This document shows positions 12,282 to 25,151 of a DNA stretch of 64,000 nucleotides, in pieces (the first letter of the stretch is position 1; each line of letters opens with the position of its first letter). The translations under genes were made by a program, and so were the position numbers. This DNA comes from Octopus vulgaris (lineage: Eukaryota), in the NCBI GenBank assembly GCA_951406725.2, contig OX597815.1, positions 128,092,001-128,156,000 of the forward strand. The letters run 5' to 3'. The notes beneath the pieces were generated by a model, which saw only the letters and a program-made list of their open reading frames with translations, did no database searches and had not been told where the DNA came from.

Positions 12282-13774
12282 ACTACAAAAGAAATGTTGC
12301 ATTGTAAAAGATTATTTGTTTCACACATGATATTGAGATTATATGGATTTTATCACATTTCTAGATTATTTGACATCAGGAGGATGTTACTGACCCACAA
12401 CACCACTCTCTTTTGAAAACACAAGGATTGCATGTAGGGCTTGAACTTGCTCAATTTTCATGAACATGGTAATGTTCATGAATGCATCTTTATGTAAAAC
12501 ATGATTCATATGCAAAACGTTGACTCATTGGGTATAAAAGGCACCCAAATTTACCAGCCTGTCATTCATTTCCTGAATACAGCAAACATGCCAAGACTGA
12601 CATGAAATCAGAGGGGGCAAGCCATTGGACGTCTCCATGCTGGTCAACACCCATGGGTCATTGCTAATGACTTGAACTGCAGTATTCAGACAATTGAGTA
12701 GCTGAGGGAATGATACAATGCCACAAACAGCACACATGTAACACTCAGTCGTAGTGGCTGACTGAGGGTTACAACATCACATCAAGATGCATCGACAGTA
12801 TGCATGTCTGTGGAGTGCAATGGAATCAGCTAGGCAGACCATAGGCACTCACCACAGACCCATCTGTGCTGAGAGAGAGTTAGCTGCTGGCTGAAATCTT
12901 TTAATCTGTCTTGTCAACGTCTGGCTGGGGGCCTCATCTCAGAGATCGTCATCAACAGGCACATCTGCAGTGGGCTCAAAGCGTCAGAACTGGTGATATC
13001 AGCAGTGGAGGACTGTAGTCTTCTCTGACAAAAGCTTATATTGCATTTCAGTGGCAAAGCTAGGGTTTGGAGAAGAAGGGGTGAATGTCATGCCAATGGC
13101 TGTATGGTGGAGAGAGACTCACAGGGAGGACAGAGCATCATGGTATGGGTTGGGATTGCTCTCAGCCAGAAACTTGGACCACTGGTCTTTCAAAACATTG
13201 GCCAAGGCTGGGGCTATGGAGTAACCGCTGCTCACTACATTGTCATACTTTGCTCGTCATCAGAATCACATGTTCCAACATGACCACGCCCATCCTCATA
13301 CTGCCAGGTTGACAACAGACTTCCTCCATCAGCACAACATCCAGACACTGTCATAGCCTGTCTTGAGTCTGGACTGAATCCCATAAAGCACCTGTGGGAT
13401 GAAATCTAAAGACGGCTACATGACATCTTTCCAAGGCTGACAACTGCGGCACAACTCACTGCAGATTTTAACAGAATGTGAGCTGCTATTCTCATGGCCT
13501 TCATCAACCTTTGGCGCATTCACTCTATAGAAGATGCCTGGCGGTAATCAATGATAATGGTGGTCACATGAGATATTGAGTTCATCTCTTTGGATCCAGG
13601 AACTCCATCATGATGTGACACCATGTGACATCAAACATGTTTCAAGAAATAATGTTTTATCACTAGGAAAGAAGAGTTTCTTAATTAGCACTCTTCAATC
13701 AATGCTATGGCAGTCTGTTAATAAACCGGTTTCTATTTAGTATGTGTGCAGCGTTTCTTTTGTGACTCAGTTTA
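12274..13774 (+). mobile_element. Tc1-like DNA transposon with degenerate transposase (about 12588-13579)
   Basis: Imperfect TIRs TAAACTGAACTACAAAAGAAATGTTGCA / TGCAGCGTTTCTTTTGTGACTCAGTTTA. Remnants MPRLT*NQRGQAIGRL, VFSDKS, GGQSIMVWVGI, FQHDHAHPH, PIKHLWD, GGHMRY*. Confidence 0.85.
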
Positions 13775-13914
13775 TGTGTGTGTGTGTGTGTGTGTGTGTG
13801 AGTGAGTGGGTGCGTGTGTGTGTGTGTTTGTGTGTGTCTCTGTGTGCATGTGTGCATATGTGTATGTGTGTTTGTGTGTGCGTGCACGCATGCGCATGTG
13901 CATGTGTGTGTAAC

Positions 13915-14200
13915 TGGTTCTTCATGAGCTATGACAACAAGTGTTCCACTTGATCCAATCAATAGAACAACTGGATCGAGAAATTGATATGCAAGTGGCC
14001 GAGCACTCCACAGACATGCATACCCTTAATGTAGTTCTCAGGGAGATTCTGTGTGGCACAGAATGTAAAAAGGGTTTTGAAATACAGCTACAACTCAATT
14101 TTGCCAGCTGAGTGGACTGGAGCAATGTGAAATAATGTGCCACTGAGTATCAAACTCACAACCTTATGATCATGAGCAGAATATCCCCAATCACTAAGCC
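13915..14200 (-). mobile_element. SINE (related to 26165-26420)
   Basis: Shares the CTCCAGT.CACTC and GGCACATGT.TGTGG.GT.CTC.GC motifs with the + strand copy at 26165. Confidence 0.5.
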
Positions 14201-14528
14201 ATATGCCTTCACATGAATATGCAATGTACATACATATACACTGATATCGCAAAAGTAAATAGACACAGTCACTTTTGAAAGATGTACTTCTAGAAACAAA
14301 ATAATGTCATTTGATGCATTTAACTATTTAGTCTAGTATCAAGCAGATATACCTTGTAAAGTTTCTAATGATTTAACATGTTTGGGCATCATACTAATGA
14401 GTAATGCCACACACAGATATAATGGTATAACAACATATGTCTATTTATTTTTGAGATGTCTGTGTATACACATGCATATGTGTGTGCATGTGTATACACA
14501 CACACACACATATATATATATCATGTAC

Positions 14529-14574
<46 letters not shown>

Positions 14575-16398
14575 CTGTCTATATTCCTTTTCACTTTTGT
14601 ATCTCAATGTTGTGCTGTTATTCTCATGGCTTTAAACTAACTTAATAGCCTTAAGGTATTTGGAAATCACAATGCTGACCTAAGAGCCTATTGTTTCATT
14701 TAATGAGATAGAAATTCTTCTTTAACATTCAATAATAGTCACATGCAATGACTTGCAATTTAGTTTTACTTAATGTTCACATAACCTTTTTATTCAATGA
14801 TGATCACATGTCTTAGAGCATACAGTTCATTGTATCTCTGCTTTGATTACATTTAATGAAATCTTTTCTTATACAAATATCATTCTTGCCCTCAAATTCT
14901 GCCGATGTTTCCATCTACTAAATTCACCCAGAAAGCATTGATCAATCCAGTGCTATAGTACAAGGCACTTGCCATAAGTGTTGCACAGTAAGACAGAACT
15001 TAAAACTATTTTGTAACAAAGGAAACTTCTGAACCGTATGGCTATGCCTGCTGAAAAAGAAATAGTAGTCAGAAGTTGATATATCAGGAAAATATGATCA
15101 ATAAATTAAAGTTCTATAATCCAAGCTTTTGTAAAGTCATTTTGGCATTTCACTGGCCAAATTTATTTCCTTTCCAATGTTATACACTATTCATTTATTA
15201 TGCAATTTTCCAAGTATCTCTCCTACTTTTTTGCAATAAACATTTACAGAGATGATTCTAATCTTGGCAAGAAAAATAAATGGATCCTACAAGTTGTAGG
15301 CATTCCTGCTGTAAATATACACTTGGCTTTAAGTGGCTGAGTATTCCACAGACATGTGTTCTAAATGTAATTTTCAGATAGAATTACATTTTGTTGACCT
15401 TTGCAAAATTTGGAAATAAGATTAAATAATATCTGTATAAGAAGAGACGTTATTTAATGTAATCACACTGTTGTAGCAGTGATTCAAAACTTCAACCATT
15501 AGCAAACCACCACAGTTTCACATGATTGGTCTATTAATCAACCAATCAGCATGTGGCTGTGGCATGACATGGTTTTCTCAAATGTTCAAGAATGTTCTTT
15601 CTCGTACCCTATGAAAGACCATTTTACCACTCATTTGTAGGATGTTGAAAATGGCTGCCTGACCTGTGTGCCTCCATGCTTGCCATCAGACAGTTCCAGA
15701 CATTTGTGCAGGTATTTCCATGTTCTGAGACAGATGTATTCTGAACATTCAGTCAATGTCTCATAAATAACTTCTATAGATACAGTGCAGTTTTTCTCTC
15801 TGTCTCAGTCAGCAAACATTTATGTTGTTCATTGTAAACAGCCAACACCATTACCTTTGTCTGGCAATAAATATTTCAGTTAAATGCTTGTGAATGTGCT
15901 TCAACTATTAATCACACAGCCAATGAAATATATCTCTATTTACCAGCTCCACATTGCATCAACCAAGCCACCATTGCGATGGTGTGATGCAGCTACTGTT
16001 GATCTGATGCATTTCTACATAGTTTCCATCTTCTTGATTACATTCACAAAGCACTGCGTAGATATGGTTATAAAAGATATAGTGCTATGGGATTGAACTC
16101 TAGACTTGTGATTGAGGAGTGAACTTCTTAACCATTTGGTATTACTGTCCTTACATATGAAATATATACTTTACTCAAATAACAAATATTTATTATTGAC
16201 ACTAATGTCAGCACTAAAGTACCAGCATTGAGACTTTATATCTTACTTTATATATGACGTACATACATACATATATGTATGTGTGCATGTATCTATCTAT
16301 CTATCAATCTATCTATCTATCTATCTGTCTGTCTGTTTGTCTGTCTGTCTGCCTCTGTCTCTGTCTGTCTGTCTGTTTCTCTCTCTCTCTCTCTCTCT

Positions 16399-16431
<33 letters not shown>

Positions 16432-16432
<1 letters not shown>

Positions 16433-17710
16433 AGTAAGTTATAGGAGGTAGAAAGACAGACAAATCACAAATCCCTTCAGGTAGATGGCCCTGCTCAATC
16501 TGCATAAAAAGTGTAGGTAAAAACTCCATAAGATGCACCCAGTGTAAGCTTTGGACACATAAAAGGTGCAACATCTGATGAAAGTTAACAAGGAAACTAA
16601 CTTTTGTATGTGAAAAGTGCACAGGTACAACAATAAACATTGAAAATGTGCAGAAAATTGACTCCATCAACTACCAGGGGCAAGCTAGAAGTAGTAGATA
16701 GCTTCCATTATCTAGGTAACCAAGTTAGTAGTGGAGGTGGATGCTCCGAGAGTGTAGCTGTGAGAATAAGATTAGGCTGGGCAAAGTTCAGAGAGCTCCT
16801 ACCCCTGCTGCAACAAAGGGCCTCTCTTTCAGAATGAAAGGCAGATTGTTTGATGCCTGTGTGCAAACGGCTATGCTGCATGGCAGTGAAACATAGGCTA
16901 TGACAGCTGAGGACATGCATAGGCTTGAAAGAAATGAATCCTTTATGCTTCACTGGATGTGCATGTTTGACAGAGTGTAAGTATCTTAAGAGAAAAGTTG
17001 GGTATAAGAGGAGTTAGATGTGGCGTGCAAGAGAGATGACTGTGTTGGTTTGGTCCTGCAATGTGTATGGACGAGGACAGCTGTGTAAAGAGAACCTGTG
17101 GCAGAGATAGACCCAGAAAGACATGGGACAAAATAGTGAAGCATGATCTTTGAACTTTGAACCTCACAAAGGCAATGACTGGTGACTGATACTTTTGGTG
17201 ACGTGCTGTGCTTGAGAGGAGCCATCAAGCCAAGTGCACCCATGCTGGTGGCATGTAAAGAACATCTTTTGAACGTTGGGCCTCACACAGGCAAAGTGGC
17301 TGAGTTCCTTTCGAGCATTGGGCTTCACAGAGGTAAACTGGCTGAGTTGCTTTTGAGTGTTGGGCCTCACAGAGGCAATGACTAAGACCTTTGGCATTAT
17401 GTCATGCTTGAGAAGACCCATCAAGCTGAACAAAATCGCAGTTGTGGAAGATACTGGGGTCATGCAAATTGGCACCTGTGCTGGTGGTACATAAATGCAC
17501 CCCAATATCAGGCAAATGGGCCATGCCATGGGTCATAAAAACACTCATTACACTCTTGGAGTGGTTGGCATTAGGAACGGCTTCCAGCCATAGAAAACCA
17601 TGCCAAATCAGACTGGAATCTGGTGCAGCTTTCCAGCATGCCAACCCATTCAAACTATCTAACTTATGCCAGCATAGACAACGGACGTTAAATGATGATG
17701 ATGATGATAT
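16432..17710 (+). mobile_element. RTE-clade LINE 3' portion (PHD-like finger, RT C-terminus, 3' UTR, (GAT)n tail)
   Basis: PSGRWPCSICIKSVGKNSIRCTQCKLWTHKRC; LEVVDSFHYLGNQVSSGGGCSESVAVRIRLGWAKFRELLPLL; ends in ACGTTAAATGATGATGAT. Confidence 0.85.
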
Positions 17711-17779
17711 CAGCATCATCATTTAACATCTGTCTTTTATGCTGGCATGGGCTGGACAGTTGATGTAAATTCATGTGAT

Positions 17780-18620
17780 TTAGAGAAGTTATTCCAAACA
17801 TAAAAGCAAAACTTAAATTGAGATCTTGAATTAAATTTATTATGTATCAAAGGATATAATATCCATGCAAAAAAAGTGGAGGAATACCACATGGTGTACT
17901 CAGTGCAATTATGGCTACATGAGGCTTAGTGCAATCAGAGAGAGGATATTTCATAAGTGGTAGATGCATAGCAGCAATTAATCATAAGAGAACATATAAA
18001 ATAAACTTCTTCAAATGGCTGAAAGACACCCTAGAAGTAATTGATAGTTTCTATTACCAAGATGAATTATTTAGCAGAGGAGGTGGATGGTCTGAAAGTA
18101 TAATAACCAGAGTAATAATGAGATGAAAAAGTTAAGGAAGCTATTATCTCTGCTGGCAATAAAGAGTTTCTCTTTCAGAATGCAAGGCAAATTGTATGAT
18201 GTTTGAGCGCAAAGTGCAGTGCTGTATGATAGTGAGAGGTGGGCCTTCAATCCAGATTTACGAAGACTGGAAAGAAATAAGGCAAGCATGCTGAATGTGT
18301 ATAGATAGTGGTATGAACAATAAGAGAATACAAATGGTCTGAAAGGAAAGCAGAAAATGCAGAGAATGAGATATATTGCGCAAGAATGAAGACTGTGCTT
18401 GTACAGCCATCTCATTTTAATGGAAGATGTAAATTGTATAAAGACGTGCTGAGCACTCAATATGAACAGAATGTATGGCACAGAAAGGATAACAGAATGT
18501 ATGGCACAGAAAGGAAAACAGAATGAAATGGTAGATTGATCTCAAGGAGCTGAACTTCATGAGTGAAATGACAAAATTTGGTGATGTGTAGCAACATATA
18601 GTACCGCAGGAAAACAGCCA
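17780..18620 (+). mobile_element. More diverged RTE-clade fragment
   Basis: LEVIDSFYYQDELFSRGGGWSESIITRV is homologous to the 16680 region. Confidence 0.7.
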
Positions 18621-19679
18621 TACTTGTATGGTAAAAGTAATGGGTGGAGATGTTCATGTGTCTCTCTCTCATTACATTTATATTAAGTCCCTATCTACTG
18701 CCTTCAGTCTTTCTTCATTACCCTCACAACTGTCACAGTGTCCCCTGTCATATTCATTGTACTGTGTCACCTATGTAATTAGGGACTGCATAAGATCTAT
18801 CTGTATTCAATTCGCCACTAATATCTTGTTTCTTTATTGCTAACCACCACTCTCTTTCTCTCTCACATCATCTCTCACACTTTCTCTTTTTCTCTTTTTC
18901 TCTTTCTCTCTCTTTCTTTCTCTCTTTCTCTTCCCTTTTCTCTCTTCAATTACTCCATCCCTATCATTTATTTTTGACATCCATCACTCTCTTTCTGTTA
19001 CCATTATCCATTTATATCGTTATTCTCACCCGTCTTTACTCACCTCTCTCTTTCACTCACTCTCTCTCCCTCTCTCCCTCCCTCCCCTCTCTCCACACAC
19101 GCTTTTCTTTGTCATCTATCTATCCTTACTGATATTCATCACTTTCTCTCTACCCTTACTCTCTTTTATTTCCGTTACTGCCTCTTATCACTCTCTCTTC
19201 TTCCTTCACAGCACTCATGTTGTCTTTCTATTCAATCTTCTTACCAACTACCAGCATTTAGCTGTTTCTCACATTCTTTTTTTCATTACTCTTCCTCTAT
19301 CACCTCAATCTGTTTTCCTGTCATTCTCTTAGCCTGGTTATCTCTGTTTTCACCACTCTTCTATTTATTCACTCACTCTTGTTGCTTCAACAGGCAGACA
19401 ATATGAGGTAAATAGGGCTCTTTAGCTTCATGAAGACAGTATCCTTTCTAGGGCTGGGATAGCAATGAAATGCACTACAGTAATAATGAGAAGGAGAAAG
19501 AGAACAACGCAGGTAGTGGTGCTGTTGGTTATGGCAGTGAGAGCACTATCAGCTGTGGCAGTAGTTGTGGTGGTGTCAGCAACTGCAGTTGTGGGGAAGG
19601 TGATGGTGGTGGGGATGGTGGAGGTGGTGGTAGAACTTCAGGAAATGCTATGCATGCATATTCTTTTTCTTTTTCGCCC

Positions 19680-19975
19680 TTTTCAAGCCTAGCCAGGCTC
19701 ATGGGCCTGGTTTCCCAGTTTCTGTGGCGTATGTGTTCCCCCCAGCTGGATGGGACACCAATCCATCACAGTGTTACTCAAGAAACATGAAGAGAGAGTG
19801 AGAGAAAGTTGTGGTGAAAGAGTACAACAGGGGTCGCCACCCCCCACCCCACCCCCGCCGGAGCCTCGTGGAACTTTTAGGTGTTTTCGCTCAATAAACA
19901 CACACAACGCCCAGTCTGGGAGTCAAAACTGCGATCCTCTGACTGCCCTAACCACTGGGCCATTGCGCCTCCACA
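19680..19975 (-). mobile_element. tRNA-headed SINE
   Basis: Minus strand starts GGAGGCGCAATGGCCCAGTGGTTAGGGC (A box) ... GTTTTGACTCCC (B box-like). Confidence 0.6.
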
Positions 19976-20420
19976 TGCATACATATAATGTGACAATTTT
20001 AGCACGCACACCACCAAACAAAAAACACCACAAACCAGCAAGAGAACATCTATAGAGTCGCTCAAGTAACTAGAAATAGCAACCAAATATCCTTCAGAAT
20101 CATACCATAGAACCATAATATTTTCAGTCAGAATTCCTTCAATACATAGTTCTGTTGTCTGAACAACGTTATCTATAAAACAATCAGAACACTTCTAACA
20201 ATTTATAACAGAATAAATACAGTAGTTTCAAAGTCCAATAATAAACTAAGGAAATAAAGATAACAACACTAGCAACAACAACAACAACAACTGTGATAAG
20301 AACTAACTTTAGTTGCTCACTGTCCTATCAAATCTGTTTCTTTTGTCTCTTTCAGTTCCTGTTTGGAATTCAAACCTTTCAGTTCACTACTGTCGTTAAA
20401 TTGTTAAATTCGTTAAGAAT

Positions 20421-20478
20421 ATGGGAACAAACTGGAAATACCACTTACTCCTCTTCTTTCTTAAAGTCACATTTTGGG
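20421..20478 (+). CDS. Host gene coding exon 1: signal peptide MGTNWKYHLLLFFLKVTFW (exon starts about 20356)
   Basis: Acceptor tttgtctctttcag at 20355, ATG at 20421, donor G|gtaaat. Phase 1 joins the 25152 exon in frame (V-T-Y-G-K). Confidence 0.75.
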
Positions 20479-21635
20479 GTAAATTATACTTATTTTGATC
20501 AGATTTTTATAACTTTTGTTGCTGTTGTTGCTGTTACTTTTTATATTCAGGTTATGAAGTCTGTCATATGACTTAACAAGTCAATAATATGTCTGTGTAC
20601 TTATGGAAGGAATTGAAGGGCCTATCACATCATTGTCATCATCATTATCATTATTGGTATTGTGTAGTGTCCATAACAGAAAAGAAAAAAAATACAAGCA
20701 GTTATAGAATTAGTCTACTTAGCTGTAAATATTAACTGTATGAGTGAAGCTCTCAAGTAAGAAAGAGAGAGAGATGGGAGGTAGTAAAAACTGCATCTAA
20801 TTAACATCCGTTAAGTGCCAAGCTTAAATCTTCTCTTAAGCTTAGATAAATGCAAAGAGAAACAGCTACTCACCTCAGTGCACCCTCCCTTCATCTGTAT
20901 CAAGTGCATAAAGAACAAATAATGCATATGGCTATTGCAAAATCATCCTCATTATCATTTAAATATATATTTATAAAGCAAAATATTTTGCTATTAATCT
21001 GACATACTTTACTGCCTTTAATATCATTTATGTGGCTCAACATGGACAATTCTCTTATTAAAATTGTTGTGATGTGCACCAAATGAATTATATGATGATG
21101 ACAGTAATGATAGCTGTTATGATGATTAAAAGAGCTAATGAGAACTAATGCGATTAGAAATCCCTTGTTTATATTTATTTGAATTTTTGAATTTCTGTTT
21201 TGATGTATAAATTCTTCATTCATAAAGTTATAATATTGTTTGTAATAATTGTTTAATTATATTAAAGATTTCGATTTCCTTTCATAGTTAAGGATGTTTA
21301 AAGCATAACACTTCAGCTTGTTTCATTATTGCTCAAAATGTGGAATAGATAAACAGCTTACAACTGATGAAGGGTCGTTCTTTATGTTACTTGTCTTGTT
21401 TTCCATTTGCTTCTTTTGTTGTTCGCAAAAAAAGTTCCTATCCCATGTTCTCATATTTCATATTTCCTGTTGTTTATGTTTTATGATGTCTTGTACTCTC
21501 ATATGCATATGTATATACATAAGTATGTACGTATATGTATGTATATATGCTTATATACATGCTTATATATATATTATTTATATTATTATATGATTGAACA
21601 CTATGCATCCATTTCCAAGTAAGTTTATCTTAATA

Positions 21636-21678
<43 letters not shown>

Positions 21679-21687
21679 GTAATAGGG

Positions 21688-21960
21688 AGTAAATCCAAAC
21701 TTACAGGGAAAAATTAGATTTAGGATTAAATCTAATTTTACAGTATAAATGTATATATTAAATTAGAGATAAAACCACTATTAGTCAAATCAAACAGTGA
21801 AAAACATAAACCAAAACATAGAAATAAAATTAATTAATATAATATACAAAATATATAAAATATAAAACTCAAAATTAAATTATTTAAATTAAAAATTAAA
21901 ATTAAAAATTAAATTTTTTTTTTTAATTATTAATTTATACTTATAAATTTATAAATTTAT
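21688..21960 (+). repeat. AT-rich dispersed repeat, copy 1
   Basis: Near-identical to 49908-50175. Both start GGAGTAAATCCAAACTTACAGGGAAAAATTAGATTTAGG after (TA)n(TAA)n. Confidence 0.85.
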
Positions 21961-21979
21961 ATATATATATGTATAAATT

Positions 21980-22120
21980 TCTTTCAAGACAAGTTGCCCT
22001 GGGAGCTCCTCTATGCTGATGACCTGGCCCTCATAGCAGAATAATCACTACCAGAACTAGAGAAGAAATTTCAGGTGTGGAAGCATGATTTAGAATCAAA
22101 GGGCCTTAGAGTCAATGTCG
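21980..22120 (+). mobile_element. RTE RT fragment
   Basis: ELLYADDLALIAE..LPELEKKFQVWKHDLESKGLRVNV. Confidence 0.8.
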
Positions 22121-22148
22121 CATATATGTGTGTGTGTGTATGTGTATG

Positions 22149-22380
22149 AATCAAAATAAGCAAGAAGGATATCCAGAGGTAATGCAGTACAATCGTTTCA
22201 TGCAATTCCATTTAATTGAACAATGCAATCATTACATCGACTTAAAATGCAGAGCAATCTTCAGCTGCACAAACACATAGAATTTAAATTGATGTAATGA
22301 TTGCATTGTTCAATTAAATGGAGTTGCATGAAACGATTGTACTGCATTACCTCTGGATATCCTTGTTGCTTATTTTGATT
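22149..22380. repeat. Near-perfect ~97-bp inverted repeat, Penelope pLTR-like
   Basis: Arms 22149-22246 and 22283-22380 are reverse complements with few mismatches. Confidence 0.9.
22183..22269 (-). ncRNA. Candidate type I hammerhead ribozyme
   Basis: Minus strand: UGCAG-CUGAAGA-UUGC...GCAU-GAAA-CGAUUG-UA-CUGCA. Stem I is perfect and stem III near-palindromic; there is a U-U at the base of stem II. Confidence 0.6.
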
Positions 22381-22699
22381 TTAATCACCTTACTTTGAAA
22401 TTGTATGAATAATGCCGTACTAAATTCTGGAGCCTCAACTTAAGCACCATATTCATCTGAATCTATATATATGTATATATAACTATAATATATATTTTAT
22501 TAAAATATTATATGAGATATATTATTAATATTATGTAATATTATATATCATATTGTCGTAACCCTTTTACTGAGGAAAGCAGATACATCCTTTCAAAGTT
22601 TCATTATTCTTTTAAGTGCAGGTGGCAGTTTTATATACCAATTCATCTTTTGTTGAGGAATGTCATGTCTAAAACTATTTTCTTTTGAGATATGTCAGG

Positions 22700-22942
22700 T
22701 TTATTGAGGTAGGATGATTTGCAGAAACTACCAATTCTATTTTTGATAGATATTTAACAGCATTACTGGAATAACCATAAAATTTAATTTTATGGACTCT
22801 AAGTAAGGCATGTGTAAAATTTAAATGAAATCGGTCAGGTAGTCCTCGAGTTTTAGTGATGCAGATATACAGAGAGAGAGAGAAAGAGAGAGAGACACAC
22901 ACACACACACACACACACATTCTCAGTTTTATACAAATAGAT
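22700..22942 (-). mobile_element. Non-autonomous Helitron-like 5' end (same family as 34733)
   Basis: Minus strand begins TCTATTTGTATAAAACTGAGAATGTGTG..., then TAAAACTCGAGGACTAC. Confidence 0.55.
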
Positions 22943-23216
22943 ATATCTTTTATCTTTTACTTGTTTCAGTCATTAGACTGTGGCCATACTGGGGCACCAC
23001 CTTGAAGTTTTAGTCCAATGAATCAACTAGAGAACGTTTTTTTTTTAAACCTGGCACTTATTCTCTCAGTCTCTTTTGCCAAACTGCTAAGTTATGGGAA
23101 TGTAAACACACCAACACTGGTTGTTAAGAAGTGGTGAGGACAAACATAGAACCAAGGATACAAATAAATACACACACACCCACACACATATATCATCACC
23201 GTCATCATCATTATCA

Positions 23217-23270
<54 letters not shown>

Positions 23271-23811
23271 TTAAATTTAAAATGAGGGTGAGAAATTAGA
23301 TATTAATTTAATTAACATCGATTTCACACCAGTGGTCTAGCATTAAAAAAACTGGAGGTTCAGTAAAATTGTATTATATATATATTAGAGGGAAACATGT
23401 ATACGAATAATCCATATTGTTATTACTTTTTCTTTTGTCTTGCTCGATTACGTTTCGGTTGTTTTGCTAAATTTTTCTTGGGAACATTTCATAGTGGTGA
23501 GACCATAGCGGATCTATTTCTAGCATAAGGGTGTCCACATAGTGGTTTCCCCCTAATATATATATATTGTTGCTATTATGTTAAACTGTCATGTCCAAAT
23601 TTAGCCAAATGTGTTTTTTTTTTCAATATTTATTTTTGCTGGCAATAGCCAGTTCTTTTAGTCAAACTATCATATCTCCAGCTGCTTGAGATGCCAAGAT
23701 ATCAAAAATTGTCAAAGTGTAGTACAACGGTTTTGCTATGGAATGCTGAAGCTATTTTTTCATTTTCTGAAAAAGCAATGTTTTCGACTTATCATACTTT
23801 TGCATAATAGC

Positions 23812-23850
<39 letters not shown>

Positions 23851-24265
23851 CCAGAATAATATACACACACAACAATAATGAAGGACAGGTGTCAATTCAT
23901 TATGGCCATTTCTATTGACTCCTTTAATTGATTAATGATTACATTATATCAATTCCAAAGAAACTGTCTTCTTCAGATGGATACGTTACAATGATGTACA
24001 TTCTGAATAATTTAACATAGTTTAAAAATTTTTTTAAATCCCGGAGTCACCATTCATGCGTGGCTGATGCCAATGCCGCCTGACTGGCCCTCATGCTGGC
24101 GGCATGTAAAAGACACCCACTACACTCTCAGAGTGGTTGGCATTAGGAAGGGCATCCAGCTGTAGAAACAGATTGGAGCCTGATGCAGCCTCAGTCAAAC
24201 AGTCCAACCCATGCCAGCATGGAAAGTGGACGTTAAATGACGATAGTGATGATGATGATGATGAT

Positions 24266-25074
24266 TAGCATATCCCATGACAGAGTTGAGAGTATTCTAC
24301 ACAATAAACTCAGAATGATGAAGGTTTCTACTTGGTGGTTGCCACATCTGGCACTTGATTAAAAGAACACCAGGTTGATCACATCACAGGAAAATAACAT
24401 TGTTTGAGATGGATCCAGCTGGTTTCCACCAACTGGAAGGAAACCAGCTTGAATGTCTCCTAAGCCAGGAAGAATGTTGGGTTCATCACTTTGAGCCAAA
24501 GACAAAGAGACATTCCAAGAAGTGGAAACAGCCCTCCTCACCTGCTCAAAAGAAGGCCAAGATTATTTCACCTGCAGAGAAGGTGATGACATTGTGTTTA
24601 CTGACTATCTTTGAAGGTTCCACACCATCAATAGAGAGTACTATGCCAACTTGCTGAGGCTGTTATGAAAGGCTATCAAGACCAAATGCCCAAGAAAACT
24701 GATGGAAGGGGTCTTGTTTCATTAGGACAATGCTCCATCACACAAGTCCTTGGTTTCAGTTACTGCTATGCCTTTAAATTGGGTGCTCATCCTCCCTATT
24801 CTTCTGATTTGGCCCCCATCTAACTATCATCAGTTCCCTAACAGAAAAAAACATTTGGCTGAGAGCCAGTATCACAGTGATTATAACATCTATTGTTGAT
24901 GACTTTTTTAGCCAACAGGATAAAAGTTTCTTCACCAATGGGATCCAAGCACAGCAACATCGATAGAAGAGGAGTGTGGACCACGGAGCAGGATTATGTT
25001 GAAAAGTAAAACTCATTTGGTCACATTACATGAGAGTATCTTAATCAGCCTCTGAACTTTTCTGTCAACCCTTG
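24266..25074 (+). mobile_element. mariner-like transposon 3' portion (degenerate)
   Basis: ECWVHHFEPKTKRHSKKWK; HPPYSSDLAPSNY; terminus ...GTCAACCCTTG|TA, 77 nt upstream of exon 2. Confidence 0.8.
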
Positions 25075-25151
25075 TATAATTATGTTATAATTCTTGTTAT
25101 TATTTTTCATATGATATAATAAATATTTGTTTTCATATTTATTTTTTTCAG

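Noticed and set aside
12365-12467. Possible host exon (tttctag ... gtaatg)
   Set aside because: Stops in all three frames, and it lies inside the Tc1 element's left end.
19465-19790. Gly/Val-rich ORFs
   Set aside because: Degenerate (GGT/GCA)n low-complexity sequence running into a SINE.
20874-20894. 21-nt minus-strand micro-exon-like segment (acag|...|gtgagt)
   Set aside because: No partner exons found; such signals arise by chance.
21300-21400. CTGATGA motif with nearby GAAAC on the opposite strand
   Set aside because: No consistent three-stem hammerhead can be drawn.
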